NCBI GenBank assembly: GCA_965203175.1
Contig: OZ241867.1
Location: 5,216,001-5,280,000, forward strand
Origin: Candidatus Latescibacterota bacterium
Lineage (GTDB): Bacteria > Latescibacterota > UBA2968 > UBA8231
DNA: 64,000 nucleotides
Direction of reading: 5' to 3'
Under the pieces are notes generated by a model, which saw only the letters and a list, made by a program, of their open reading frames with translations, ran no database searches and was not told where the DNA came from. Made by a program: the position numbers and the translations under genes. Below are positions 29,921-39,017 of the stretch, in pieces; positions within the stretch are counted from its first letter, which is position 1, and each line of letters opens with the position of its first letter.

Positions 29921-31477
29921 ATGACCAACGCCACGCACTCCTTACTGCTTCCCAACCAAGTCGACGAGGCCCTCGCCGCGCACTTTGCCGCGCTCGGCGT
30001 CGGCACAATCGCCGCCTACAAGCTCTGGTGCCATCGGCACGGCCTGAGCACAGCGTTAGAGAAGACGCCGCAAGAGCGGTCTGAGGAACGAGCGCTTTTC
30101 GCCGCGTTACAGCCCTCGGTAGATCCAGCAGCCAGCAAAGGGCACGATCCGCGCCGCGCCGCACTAATCGACCGGCTTTTCAACGGCGAGTTGGAGAACG
30201 AAAAGCTCAACGACCTGCTCTCGCGGCTGCGCATCGAACGCAATGCGCTAGCCAGCGACCCAGACGCCCAAAAGGCCCTGGGACGGCTGGTGCTGCACGT
30301 CGAAAAATACGGCCACTTGTTGCGGCCCATGCCCGTACTCAAGCGCCTCGGTGCCAACCGCGCCAACACCTACATCGCCGCCCTCGGGCAGCTCGCACGG
30401 CACCACCGCGACTGGCTGCGTCCGGTAGAGGCGTGGCGGCCCGATACGGCCAAGGAGCGGCTGCAGTTCCAGTCGCTGGCACGACACCTGCTTGCCCGCT
30501 ACGAGGTCCCCGCGCCCATGGACACCGCTTGGCTCCAAGGGCATACCGCGGAAGCCTACCAACAACAAGAATGGTTCAAGCACGTAGCTGGCGGTCAAAA
30601 CCTGCGCACTGCGGGTGTGCCCATGAAAGTCACCAAGCGCATGGCCCATATCTTCATGCAGATGAACCATCCACACCATACCCTGCTTCAGGCGCTGCGC
30701 ATGGCCCAGGTGGAAGCACTCGACGGCGATTCCCACGTCTCTTGGTACGTGGCCGCCACGCCGCTGGGCGACTCGTTGGAAAACGAGGACTTCTGGATCT
30801 CAGTCGTCCACTTTTATGTCAACAACTACCCCATGCTACACCGCACCTACTTCCTGCCGGTCTACGACTTCATCCGTCACCAGAAGTACCTGCCCCAGCA
30901 GATTGCGCAGCCCGACGGCACCCAAATCACCGGACCGCCGCCGCAACCCAACTTCTGCATGAAGGGCCGCAGCGCCGCCAAGCTGCTCAACCAAGTGGAT
31001 CAATGGCACGAGACGTTGTCGGGAGAAGAAGACGTGCCGCTCAAGACATGGGCGGCTACGGGCTTGGCAGGTTTTCGTCTCGAAGAATACGACGCGCAAC
31101 TCAAGTGCAACCTCGTCTGGACTATCTACGAACTCTGCACCTCGCAGCAGCTCCAAGCCGAGGGCCGAATCATGGGCCACTGTGTCTTTTCTTACACCGA
31201 CCAGTGCCTTGCTGGCGACACTTCGATCTGGTCGCTGCGGGCGCTCAACGCCGACGCCGAAGAGGCCCTCGAAAAGCGCGTCCTCACCATCGCCGTTGAC
31301 AATCGCCAGCGGGCCGTCACCCAAGCCCGAGGCAAATTCAACATGGCGCTCAATCAGCGGGAACGGCTAGAAAAGAGGCGTCGGGCGGGATCCTTATACG
31401 TGCATTTGTTGCGCGAGTCAGCGCGGATTTTGCGCTTGTGGAACAATAAGGTGGGATTGGTGCAGAAGGGGACGTAG
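29921..31477 (+). CDS. PcfJ-domain protein
   Basis: C-terminal ELCTSQQLQAEGRIMGHCVFSY...SIWSL...LTI...QARGKFN matches the PcfJ-like motif (EG..M.HCV). Confidence 0.8.
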   Translation: MTNATHSLLLPNQVDEALAAHFAALGVGTIAAYKLWCHRHGLSTALEKTPQERSEERALFAALQPSVDPAASKGHDPRRAALIDRLFNGELENEKLNDLLSRLRIERNALASDPDAQKALGRLVLHVEKYGHLLRPMPVLKRLGANRANTYIAALGQLARHHRDWLRPVEAWRPDTAKERLQFQSLARHLLARYEVPAPMDTAWLQGHTAEAYQQQEWFKHVAGGQNLRTAGVPMKVTKRMAHIFMQMNHPHHTLLQALRMAQVEALDGDSHVSWYVAATPLGDSLENEDFWISVVHFYVNNYPMLHRTYFLPVYDFIRHQKYLPQQIAQPDGTQITGPPPQPNFCMKGRSAAKLLNQVDQWHETLSGEEDVPLKTWAATGLAGFRLEEYDAQLKCNLVWTIYELCTSQQLQAEGRIMGHCVFSYTDQCLAGDTSIWSLRALNADAEEALEKRVLTIAVDNRQRAVTQARGKFNMALNQRERLEKRRRAGSLYVHLLRESARILRLWNNKVGLVQKGT

Positions 31478-31507
31478 GGGCGGTGCGGAGCGCAAGCCGT
31501 CCCTACG
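31473..31507. repeat. GTAG-type REP-like palindrome between convergent genes
   Basis: CGTAGGGGCGGT-GCGGAGCGCAA-GCCGTCCCTACG; its TAG provides the PcfJ stop codon. Confidence 0.65.
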
Positions 31508-31519
31508 AACGAGGCGCGA

Positions 31520-32494
31520 TTAATGAGTGCCTATTGAAAGCAGCGATTTGATCTGTCCCCACGAGGTCTTGGCCACAGCCGTCGGCTCCCCGCTGGTATA
31601 AGACGCGATGTCCATCACGTAAATCTCAGCGTTGCCGTCGCGGTCGGAGGTGAAGGCGATGGAACGACCGTCCGGAGACCACGAAGGAGACCCATCCGAG
31701 CCATTGTGATAGGTCAGGCGACGCACGTTGCCTCCATTCGCATCCATTACGTAAATCTCAGAGTCACCGGCGCGGTCGGAGGTAAAAGCGATGGTCTGGC
31801 CATCTGGAGACCACGAAGGAGACCCGTCATAGCTACTGGCATCGGTCAGGTTGCGTCGGTTTTTTCCATTCGCATCCATCACGTAAATATCATGGTCATG
31901 GTGAGAATGAAAGGCGATGGAGCGACCATTCGGAGACCACGAAGGATCTAGGTCTTGGCCCCAGCCGCCGCTCAGATTCCGCAGGTTTTCCCCAGACAAA
32001 TCTACCACGTAAATCTTTCTGGCGGACCTAACTCGGTAGGAAATGAACGCGACAGATTGCCCATCCGGAGACCACGAAGGAGACCTGTCAGCCTGAAAGT
32101 GATCGGTTAGGCGGCGCAGGTTGTCCCCATTGGCATCCATCACGTAAATCTCATAGTTGCCGGCGCGGTCGGAGAAAAAGGCGATAGAGCGACCGTCTGG
32201 AGACCACGAAGGTTGCCCGTCCTGGCCGCTGTCATTGGTTAGGTTCCGCAGGTTGTCTCCATTGGCATCCATCACGTAAATCTCATGGTTGCCGGCGCGG
32301 TCGGAGGTAAAAGCGATAGAGCGACCATCTGGAGACCACGAAGGGGACCTGTCAACGCCACTGGCATCGGTCAGGCGGCGTACGGCCTCCGTGACCCAAG
32401 CCTCCCCATCACTGCTCGTCACCGTTTGCCCCCAGCCAGCGACGGCCAACCCCAGCGTTGCCAAGCAGACGATCAGTATCGACCGATAGTTCAC
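31520..32494 (-). CDS. Exported TolB-like PD40-repeat beta-propeller with SWGxIK tail
   Basis: GTG start after AGGAGG; six PSWSPDG/PSWSPNG repeats; ends TAVAKTSWGQIKSLLSIGTH. Confidence 0.85.
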   Translation of the reverse strand: MNYRSILIVCLATLGLAVAGWGQTVTSSDGEAWVTEAVRRLTDASGVDRSPSWSPDGRSIAFTSDRAGNHEIYVMDANGDNLRNLTNDSGQDGQPSWSPDGRSIAFFSDRAGNYEIYVMDANGDNLRRLTDHFQADRSPSWSPDGQSVAFISYRVRSARKIYVVDLSGENLRNLSGGWGQDLDPSWSPNGRSIAFHSHHDHDIYVMDANGKNRRNLTDASSYDGSPSWSPDGQTIAFTSDRAGDSEIYVMDANGGNVRRLTYHNGSDGSPSWSPDGRSIAFTSDRDGNAEIYVMDIASYTSGEPTAVAKTSWGQIKSLLSIGTH

Positions 32495-32539
32495 AACGTA
32501 CCTCCTTTTAGAAGGATGAATGAGAAGGTTAGAGGTGTG

Positions 32540-33355
32540 TCATGGAGTTGAAAGCAGCGATTTAATCCGTGCCCACGATTGGGCTTCGACGCTTGTAGCG
32601 GCAGGGGAGGCTGGCCGCCAAGCGGGCCAGCTTCCGCCCAAGCCGTTGGTCAGATTAACCAAGTTGCTCCCGTCTATATCAACTACCCAAATATCCAACG
32701 GGCCGCCCATACTGGGACCAGAAGCGAAGGCTATTTTCATGCTGTCGGGTGACCAAGTGGGGTTTATATCGACGTTGGGGCTGTCGGTCAGACGAGTAGT
32801 CGTGCGCTCGTCGCCACTGTTATCGACGATGTAGATGTCAGTCTGGTCTCCATCTCTCAAGACGACCATGCTTTTGGTTCCGTCTGGAGAACGAGGCCAC
32901 ATTCGAGCGATGGCCCCCTCCTCGGAGTCCACGGGTAGGGAACCACTTCCGTCTTCTAACCCTATGACAAACGACTTCGTGCCATCCTTCGGATGCCCAG
33001 TGGGCAGCGCGTCGTAGTAGATTCTACTTCCATCTTCAGACCATACAAGCCCCACTTTATGGACTCCATCGTTAGTCACCTGTTGCTGATTGCCACCGCT
33101 GGCGTCCATCAACCAGATTTCACCATTGCCGATATAGGCGATCGTCATGCCATCCGGAGACCAAGCCGGATGAACGCAATCCCCCCGTCCCTTGGTTAGA
33201 TTTACAGGATCGCTCCCATCCGCACTCATAATCCAAATGTTGGGGAGCCCATCGCGGTTGGAGATAAACGCTATTTTATCCCAACCCTGTCCCCAGCCAT
33301 CAACGGCCAGTCCCAGCATTGCCAAGCAGACGATCAATATAGATCGATAGTTCAT
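32540..33355 (-). CDS. Exported TolB-like PD40-repeat protein with SWxxIK tail (tandem paralogue)
   Basis: Near-identical signal peptide to the neighbour; PAWSPDG, PTWSPDS; ends TSVEAQSWARIKSLLSTP. Confidence 0.85.
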   Translation of the reverse strand: MNYRSILIVCLAMLGLAVDGWGQGWDKIAFISNRDGLPNIWIMSADGSDPVNLTKGRGDCVHPAWSPDGMTIAYIGNGEIWLMDASGGNQQQVTNDGVHKVGLVWSEDGSRIYYDALPTGHPKDGTKSFVIGLEDGSGSLPVDSEEGAIARMWPRSPDGTKSMVVLRDGDQTDIYIVDNSGDERTTTRLTDSPNVDINPTWSPDSMKIAFASGPSMGGPLDIWVVDIDGSNLVNLTNGLGGSWPAWRPASPAATSVEAQSWARIKSLLSTP

Positions 33356-33409
33356 AACGTGGCTCCCTACAAATTTGCAAATTGGGCAAAATGTTACTCG
33401 TCGCTAGAT

Positions 33410-33438
33410 ATTTTACCATAAACCACGATTGACTTCAA
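33410..33438 (-). promoter_or_regulatory. Putative sigma70 promoter for the PD40 pair
   Basis: TTGAAG-17 nt-TAAAAT with extended TG; 12-bp palindrome AATTTGCAAATT (33372-33383) downstream. Confidence 0.45.
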
Positions 33439-33466
33439 CCACGGCGAACATCGGCAGCCGTCGAAT

Positions 33467-35371
33467 TCAATATGCCACACTGAGCGTCCTAGCCAACACC
33501 TCTTCCCCCGATTCAGTCTCAGCCGCAATGCGCGCGATATAAGCCCCCGGAGGCACCAGCTCACCGGTCGCATCGCGGCCATCCCAAGTGTGCTCGTAGG
33601 CTCCGGCAGACAAGGCGTCGAAAAATAGCTGACGCACCCGGCGTCCAGCCAAATCGTAGATGCCGATGGAAAAATCGACTTCCTGCACCAGACGCAGGAC
33701 TTGGAAAACAATGCGACTCTCTTCGTTGACGCCGTCCCCATTGGGCGTACATACCGCCGGTACGACCTGCATCGCGGATAAAATCCCACCCCTTGCGGCA
33801 TTGGAGAAAAAGACCCGGTTGGTGTTGGTGCCAACACCCGAACTGGCATCGCCGGCAGCGACGGGCTGGGGCAAACGGCCCCCAGAGTCGATTAAGTGGC
33901 TCACCAAATCAGTGGCATAGACCAGAATAGCCGTGCGAAAGGTAACGCGCAGCGGCTGATTGTTGCTCGGCGTGACCCGATTCGATGGGAAGTACAGCAT
34001 CAGCCCCTGTGCATCCGCGTGGACGCTGTCGGGCACTACCTCGACAAGCGGCTCTCCCATCTCGAATTTGAACAACGTCGGTTCGGTTTGGGTTGCAATG
34101 TGCAAGCCATCGAACCCAACCTGCGCGTCGCTGCCAAATTCCGCCCGGATGTCATAGGTAAAAAGGGTGTCTCGGCCGGCCGGCACCGCAACCACACCAC
34201 CAGGAGGGAACGGATCTGCGAGAACGGCCACCTCGCCTACGGCGCGGTCGGCCAGCGGCAGAGAGTAGCTGATAGCCAAGCTATCTATCTGGACGAGATC
34301 GGTAGAAGTGCCCCGAAAAAAAAGCTGGAAGTCGAAATACTGCCTTGGACCGGGCAGTTCGAGGGGATAGGTAAAAGTCCCCGTCGAATCAATGCGGATC
34401 GGATTCTTCCAAGTCCAGTTTTCAGCATCGTCGAGGATGGAACCGCGGAAATCCTCCGCCAGCTTGGCATAGGCGGCCGCGGCCGTGGGCTGCTCCGAAC
34501 CCGTTTCGCGATCGACGATTTCAAAATGGACCAGAGGAGTTTCGTCAGTGCCGTTGCGCAGGGTCAGGTCCACGGATGCGGCGGCGGCCGCTGTCGGGAG
34601 CAGGACGCCGTCCGGCTGTCGGCGCAACTTGGTGGTTTTGACAGAGAGTTCGCCGAGAATCGCTGCTGTGGGCAATTCAATGAGCTTGGAAAGATAAGTA
34701 CCCTTGGGCACGAAACCCGTGCCAAAGGCTTGGATCTCCGCTATTTCAAATGGATTGGGCGACAGGATGCGCAGCCTGATAAAGCGGATTAGCTGCACTG
34801 GAAAGTCGATTACCGTCCTCGGCTCGGTCTGCAAATCAACGCGTTTCAAAACCTGATAGCGCGGCTCGCCTTGCTGGGTATAGTCGCGGCCATCATTCAC
34901 GGAAAGTTCAAAGGCCCTGGGGAAGTCGTCGGGAAAGGACGGACTGGGGAAGTAGATCAGCCGATTGACCGGAAAAGAAGCCCCCAAATCCAAGAAAAAA
35001 ATGCGACCCGTCTGATCGGTGCCTAGCCCTTTGAAGCGGTCGCCGGAAGAAGTCTGCTCATCGCCGTCGACCAAAGTAGCGGCAGAGCCTTCGATCGCAG
35101 CATTGTCCCAGATATGGGCTCTGCCTTCGGCGACAAAGTCCAAGGTAGGCGAGTCGCTCCAGTCGAGCGAGCGGAGGATATTGTCGGTTTCTGCCAAGCC
35201 GATGGGACGGATCAGAGCTGGGTTTTGCAGATCTACTCCTCCGGCAACCGCGGCCTGAGAATCCCAAGAAAGCCCGTCCCCACCGACCCTATAGCTTTCG
35301 ACCTGTGCTTCGAGCGGCGCACTCAGCCCGCATACTCCGCACAAAACGAGGCTGCCCGCCAGCAGTCTCAT
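33467..35371 (-). CDS. Exported discoidin-like + C-terminal FlgD-Ig domain protein (subtype B)
   Basis: ATG 35371 in ATGA overlap with the upstream lipoprotein; LVDGD, FLDLG; TPNGDGVNE...WDGRD...LSVAY. Confidence 0.75.
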   Translation of the reverse strand: MRLLAGSLVLCGVCGLSAPLEAQVESYRVGGDGLSWDSQAAVAGGVDLQNPALIRPIGLAETDNILRSLDWSDSPTLDFVAEGRAHIWDNAAIEGSAATLVDGDEQTSSGDRFKGLGTDQTGRIFFLDLGASFPVNRLIYFPSPSFPDDFPRAFELSVNDGRDYTQQGEPRYQVLKRVDLQTEPRTVIDFPVQLIRFIRLRILSPNPFEIAEIQAFGTGFVPKGTYLSKLIELPTAAILGELSVKTTKLRRQPDGVLLPTAAAAASVDLTLRNGTDETPLVHFEIVDRETGSEQPTAAAAYAKLAEDFRGSILDDAENWTWKNPIRIDSTGTFTYPLELPGPRQYFDFQLFFRGTSTDLVQIDSLAISYSLPLADRAVGEVAVLADPFPPGGVVAVPAGRDTLFTYDIRAEFGSDAQVGFDGLHIATQTEPTLFKFEMGEPLVEVVPDSVHADAQGLMLYFPSNRVTPSNNQPLRVTFRTAILVYATDLVSHLIDSGGRLPQPVAAGDASSGVGTNTNRVFFSNAARGGILSAMQVVPAVCTPNGDGVNEESRIVFQVLRLVQEVDFSIGIYDLAGRRVRQLFFDALSAGAYEHTWDGRDATGELVPPGAYIARIAAETESGEEVLARTLSVAY

Positions 35372-36093
35372 TCCTGCGCCCAATCTGCCGGCGGCTGATA
35401 CCCCCTGAACACCTCGCGCTGAAAGCGGTACGCCAGATCTATGGTCTCGACGGGTTGCTGCCTGAAGTCGAAGCGAATCGCCACGTCGCTGAGGTGAATG
35501 GTAAACTCATTGATATCGTGGGGTAACGCGGGAAACACCACATATCCCTCGACTTCCTGGCCGCTGAAAACGTCTTCGTCTGGATACATGGTGCGAGTCA
35601 GAATCTCCCTGCGCTCCTGGAAGACACTGTAGGCATTACCCGCATAACCAGGAATCATAGAAGCATAGAATTCGAGGATATCTCTTCTATTGAGCGGATC
35701 GTACTCGCGGCCAGCCTGCTGGGAGATGAGAGTTATGCGGGTGGGGTCTAGGTGCACCTTGGGATACTCATAGTTTTTCACCTGGACTGAAAAGACAGTG
35801 TACTTTGGCGGCGTATAGGTATCGCCCAGCGGCTTCCAGTTGCCAAAGGTATATGGATTCTTGGAATTGGCACCCGCCGCAGAGTAGTCGGCGAATTGCC
35901 GGTTCAACTCTTCGTCCGTCATGGGACGCAGGGAAACTTCGAGGCGGTTGAAAACGGCGATAATGGTTCCGTCGTCCTCGACCGAAGCATAGACTTCCTG
36001 GCGATTTTCAGGCGCGGGTTCGATCGGCCCTGGGAAATAGCGACCACAACCGACCAACACCAGCAGCACTAAGGCACCCAAGCATGGACTCAT
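35368..36093 (-). CDS. Hypothetical lipoprotein
   Basis: Lipobox LVGC; beta-rich body (GQEVEGYVVFP). Confidence 0.7.
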   Translation of the reverse strand: MSPCLGALVLLVLVGCGRYFPGPIEPAPENRQEVYASVEDDGTIIAVFNRLEVSLRPMTDEELNRQFADYSAAGANSKNPYTFGNWKPLGDTYTPPKYTVFSVQVKNYEYPKVHLDPTRITLISQQAGREYDPLNRRDILEFYASMIPGYAGNAYSVFQERREILTRTMYPDEDVFSGQEVEGYVVFPALPHDINEFTIHLSDVAIRFDFRQQPVETIDLAYRFQREVFRGYQPPADWAQE

Positions 36094-36129
36094 GGCAAAG
36101 CGCTTCCCAAACGTCCTACAAAACGCGAA

Positions 36130-36169
36130 AGCGGGGGAGTAGAGATAGTCACACCTCTCCTCCCCCGCT
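36130..36169 (-). terminator. Strong intra-operon hairpin after the first gene of the cluster
   Basis: AGCGGGGGAG(36130-36139)...CTCCCCCGCT(36160-36169); followed by TTCGCGTTTT on the minus strand. Confidence 0.65.
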
Positions 36170-36189
36170 GTACATAGAATGAAGAAGTT

Positions 36190-37098
36190 TTACTCGTCGA
36201 AAGTCGCCTTAATTTTTCCCCAGGCGCTGCCTTCGACCGCAGTGCCAGTATCGCTGCCCCGGGTGTACTCACCTACGGTCAATAGGGTAAAATCAGAAGC
36301 GAAATCCTGATCTCTATGCGCCCCGTTGACGTCCCCAGTGACTAGCTGATGCGTCCGGGCGGCACCCTCAGAAGGCGTCGTATCGGCCTCGTTGAGTTGA
36401 TAGGTGAGACCAACCGTCATTCCCGGCTGCAGGACCACGCGTTCTGTAGAGGCCTCGTCGTTTTCCAAGTTGACCCACAGCGGCATGGCGTACTCATAGC
36501 CGAGGGTGACATTCGTCGATCCGTGCGTAGCGCCAGGAGGGCTGAGACTGACATCGGCCTCAATATAGGCCGTGGCCCACTGCTTGGCCGGATCGGCGTC
36601 TTTGCGCAGCCAGGTCGTGCCGTTGCCATAGGGAGTCGAATATCCGCCGGGCACCTGCACGTGCATGGTCCACTGCTGCGCGTTCACTTGGTTCGGATCG
36701 CGGTACGGGCCACCGCTGTGGTCGCCGTCGGTAATAATTTCGAGATCGTCCTCAAACCACCCGTTCTCAGGATCCGTTTCGGCCGCGTGCAGCGAATCGT
36801 CCGTCACCCGCACAAAGCCATAGATGCGGTTGTCGGGGGCCTGCGTCCAAGCGGTCCTGATGGAAACATCGATATCGCTCTTATCTGGAATTACCTGCTG
36901 TACGACCTCGCCCATTTCGTCGGGCGTGATGATGAAATTGGGATCGTACCACGCCCAATCCCCGTCATCGCCATCGGCGACGTACGTCACATCCGCGGGC
37001 CATTCCAAAGCAAAATACCCAAAACCATTGGCGTTGCTGTGCGCAAAGCACGTGCTCGCAGCCAATAGCAGAACGCCAAAAACAGCACAGACTCTCAT
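36190..37098 (-). CDS. Exported CBM9/DOMON-like sugar-binding protein with SWGxIK-type tail
   Basis: ATG 37098 after AGGAGG; DGDDGDW, IYGFVRVTDD, DDLEIITDGD, YEYAMP; ends TAVEGSAWGKIKATFDE. Confidence 0.65.
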   Translation of the reverse strand: MRVCAVFGVLLLAASTCFAHSNANGFGYFALEWPADVTYVADGDDGDWAWYDPNFIITPDEMGEVVQQVIPDKSDIDVSIRTAWTQAPDNRIYGFVRVTDDSLHAAETDPENGWFEDDLEIITDGDHSGGPYRDPNQVNAQQWTMHVQVPGGYSTPYGNGTTWLRKDADPAKQWATAYIEADVSLSPPGATHGSTNVTLGYEYAMPLWVNLENDEASTERVVLQPGMTVGLTYQLNEADTTPSEGAARTHQLVTGDVNGAHRDQDFASDFTLLTVGEYTRGSDTGTAVEGSAWGKIKATFDE

Positions 37099-37277
37099 GG
37101 TTAGCCTCCTTTTAGAGATTAAATTGGCTGTTTTGTTTGTCAGATATGCTCTTTCTGCTAACAACTAAAACCTCCTTTTTGAATGGTTAGAACATACACC
37201 CTTTTGCCCGTTCAAGCTATTTAATAGCATAGTGGAAGTCAACTTTTACGACGATTAGTGTATGGAGGCTGTACCCC

Positions 37278-39011
37278 ATGTTTAACTGCGTGCTGAGCGG
37301 CTTGCTCGCCTGCTGTCTGCTCTTTGCCTGTGGCGACGATGTCAACGACGAAACGGACGTCCCCCGCAACCGCTCGCTCATAATGAACTGCACGCCGCCC
37401 AACACCTGCGCCGGCCAGATCCAGGACTACGATTCCTTCAACCCTTTTCTCCCCGGCAGCATCTCCAGCACCGGCCACAACTTCCTCTACGAACCGCTCT
37501 ATTTCTACAACCCCTATGGCAAAGAACAAAACCTCATACCTTGGATCGCCACCGGACACGAGTACAACGACGACTTCACTGAAGTGACCATATACCTCAG
37601 AGAGGGAGTAACGTGGAGTGACGGCACACCTTGGACTGCGGCGGATCTGGTATTCACAATCGACATGCTCAAAAAGAACGCTCCCGTCCTCAACGCCTCG
37701 GTCGATATGGAACTATGGGTTGCAGAGGCCAGCGCCGTGGACGACCTACAGGCGAAAATCGCGCTAAAATCGCCGAATCCGCGCTTCGTATTCGAGTATT
37801 TAACTAACAATTTCGGCAACGGCATCCCCATTGTCCCCAAGCATATCTGGGAGGGGAAAGACGCGAAAACCTTTGCCAACCTAGATCTCCAACGCGGCTG
37901 GCCCGTAGTCAGCGGCCCCTACCAGCTCGTCCGTTCCGAGCCTCAGCAGCGAATCTGGGATTTGCGGCAAGACTGGTGGGCAGCCGAGACGGGCTTTCGT
38001 CGGCTCCCCCGCGTAGAACGCCTGATCTATCTGCCCTATATGGACGAAGACAAAAGAGTGCAACTGCTGATCAGCAACCAAATGGACACCTGTCTGGATC
38101 TGCGCCCGTCCAATATCAAGACCATTCTCGACCAGAATCCCGATGTATCTACTTGGACCGGCCGCGAACCACCCTACGGCTACCTCGATTGGTGGCCCAT
38201 CGCCTTGGGCTTTAACAATCTCGAAGCGCCATTTGCAGATGCGGAAATCCGCTGGGCCATCAACTACGCCATTGACCGGCAGCAACTCGTCGAGGTCGGT
38301 TGGCAGGGTGCGGGCACCTATTCCCTGCTGCCCTTTCCAGACTTCCCACCCCTGCGCCGTTTCATGGACCAGATCGAAGATTTGCTCGCCCGCTATCCAG
38401 TCGGCACGCACGACCCAGCCAAGACCGCAGAGATCATGCAACGTCGGGGTTGGTCCCTAGAAAAAGGCATCTGGACCAAGGAAGGCACGCCGTGCAAAAT
38501 CACCATCGACCTGCATCCGAATCTCCACGACATCGTCCCCGTGTTGGTCGAACAGCTGCGCCGCGCCGGCTTTGATGCCGGTTTCAGAATGACTTCCGAT
38601 TATTACACCCGCATGACCGTGGGCGACGCCCGGGCCTTTCTGATCGGCAATGCCGGCAGCGTGCGCGACCCGTACTTCACCCTCAGACTCTATCACAGCC
38701 GCTACGTGCAACCTACCGGCACGGCCGCCATCTACTTCTGGCGCTGGCAAAACGACCACTTCGACCAAATCATCGATCGCATGGCCGGCACGGCCCCCGA
38801 CGATCCGCAACTGCTCAAACACTTTCGCCAAGCCATGGAAATCTGGCTGCGCGAGCTGCCCTCCATCCCGCTACTCCAGTGGTACCACAGAATCCCCCAC
38901 AACGAAACCTACTGGCAGAACTGGCCCACCGCGGAGACTCCTTATATCAACAGCGCCTATTGGGCGCGCACTTGGCTGCTGGTTCTCCTCGAACTCGAAC
39001 CTACACAGTAG
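37278..39011 (+). CDS. ABC transporter substrate-binding lipoprotein, family 5 (peptide/oligosaccharide)
   Basis: Lipobox LFAC; LYEPL, LREGVTWSDGTPWTAADLVFT, IRWAINYAIDR. Confidence 0.9.
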   Translation: MFNCVLSGLLACCLLFACGDDVNDETDVPRNRSLIMNCTPPNTCAGQIQDYDSFNPFLPGSISSTGHNFLYEPLYFYNPYGKEQNLIPWIATGHEYNDDFTEVTIYLREGVTWSDGTPWTAADLVFTIDMLKKNAPVLNASVDMELWVAEASAVDDLQAKIALKSPNPRFVFEYLTNNFGNGIPIVPKHIWEGKDAKTFANLDLQRGWPVVSGPYQLVRSEPQQRIWDLRQDWWAAETGFRRLPRVERLIYLPYMDEDKRVQLLISNQMDTCLDLRPSNIKTILDQNPDVSTWTGREPPYGYLDWWPIALGFNNLEAPFADAEIRWAINYAIDRQQLVEVGWQGAGTYSLLPFPDFPPLRRFMDQIEDLLARYPVGTHDPAKTAEIMQRRGWSLEKGIWTKEGTPCKITIDLHPNLHDIVPVLVEQLRRAGFDAGFRMTSDYYTRMTVGDARAFLIGNAGSVRDPYFTLRLYHSRYVQPTGTAAIYFWRWQNDHFDQIIDRMAGTAPDDPQLLKHFRQAMEIWLRELPSIPLLQWYHRIPHNETYWQNWPTAETPYINSAYWARTWLLVLLELEPTQ

Positions 39012-39017
39012 CGACCC

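Noticed and set aside
31600-32350. Regularly spaced short repeats resembling a CRISPR array
   Set aside because: They are in-frame PD40 coding repeats with ~130-bp period and similar 'spacers'; no cas genes.
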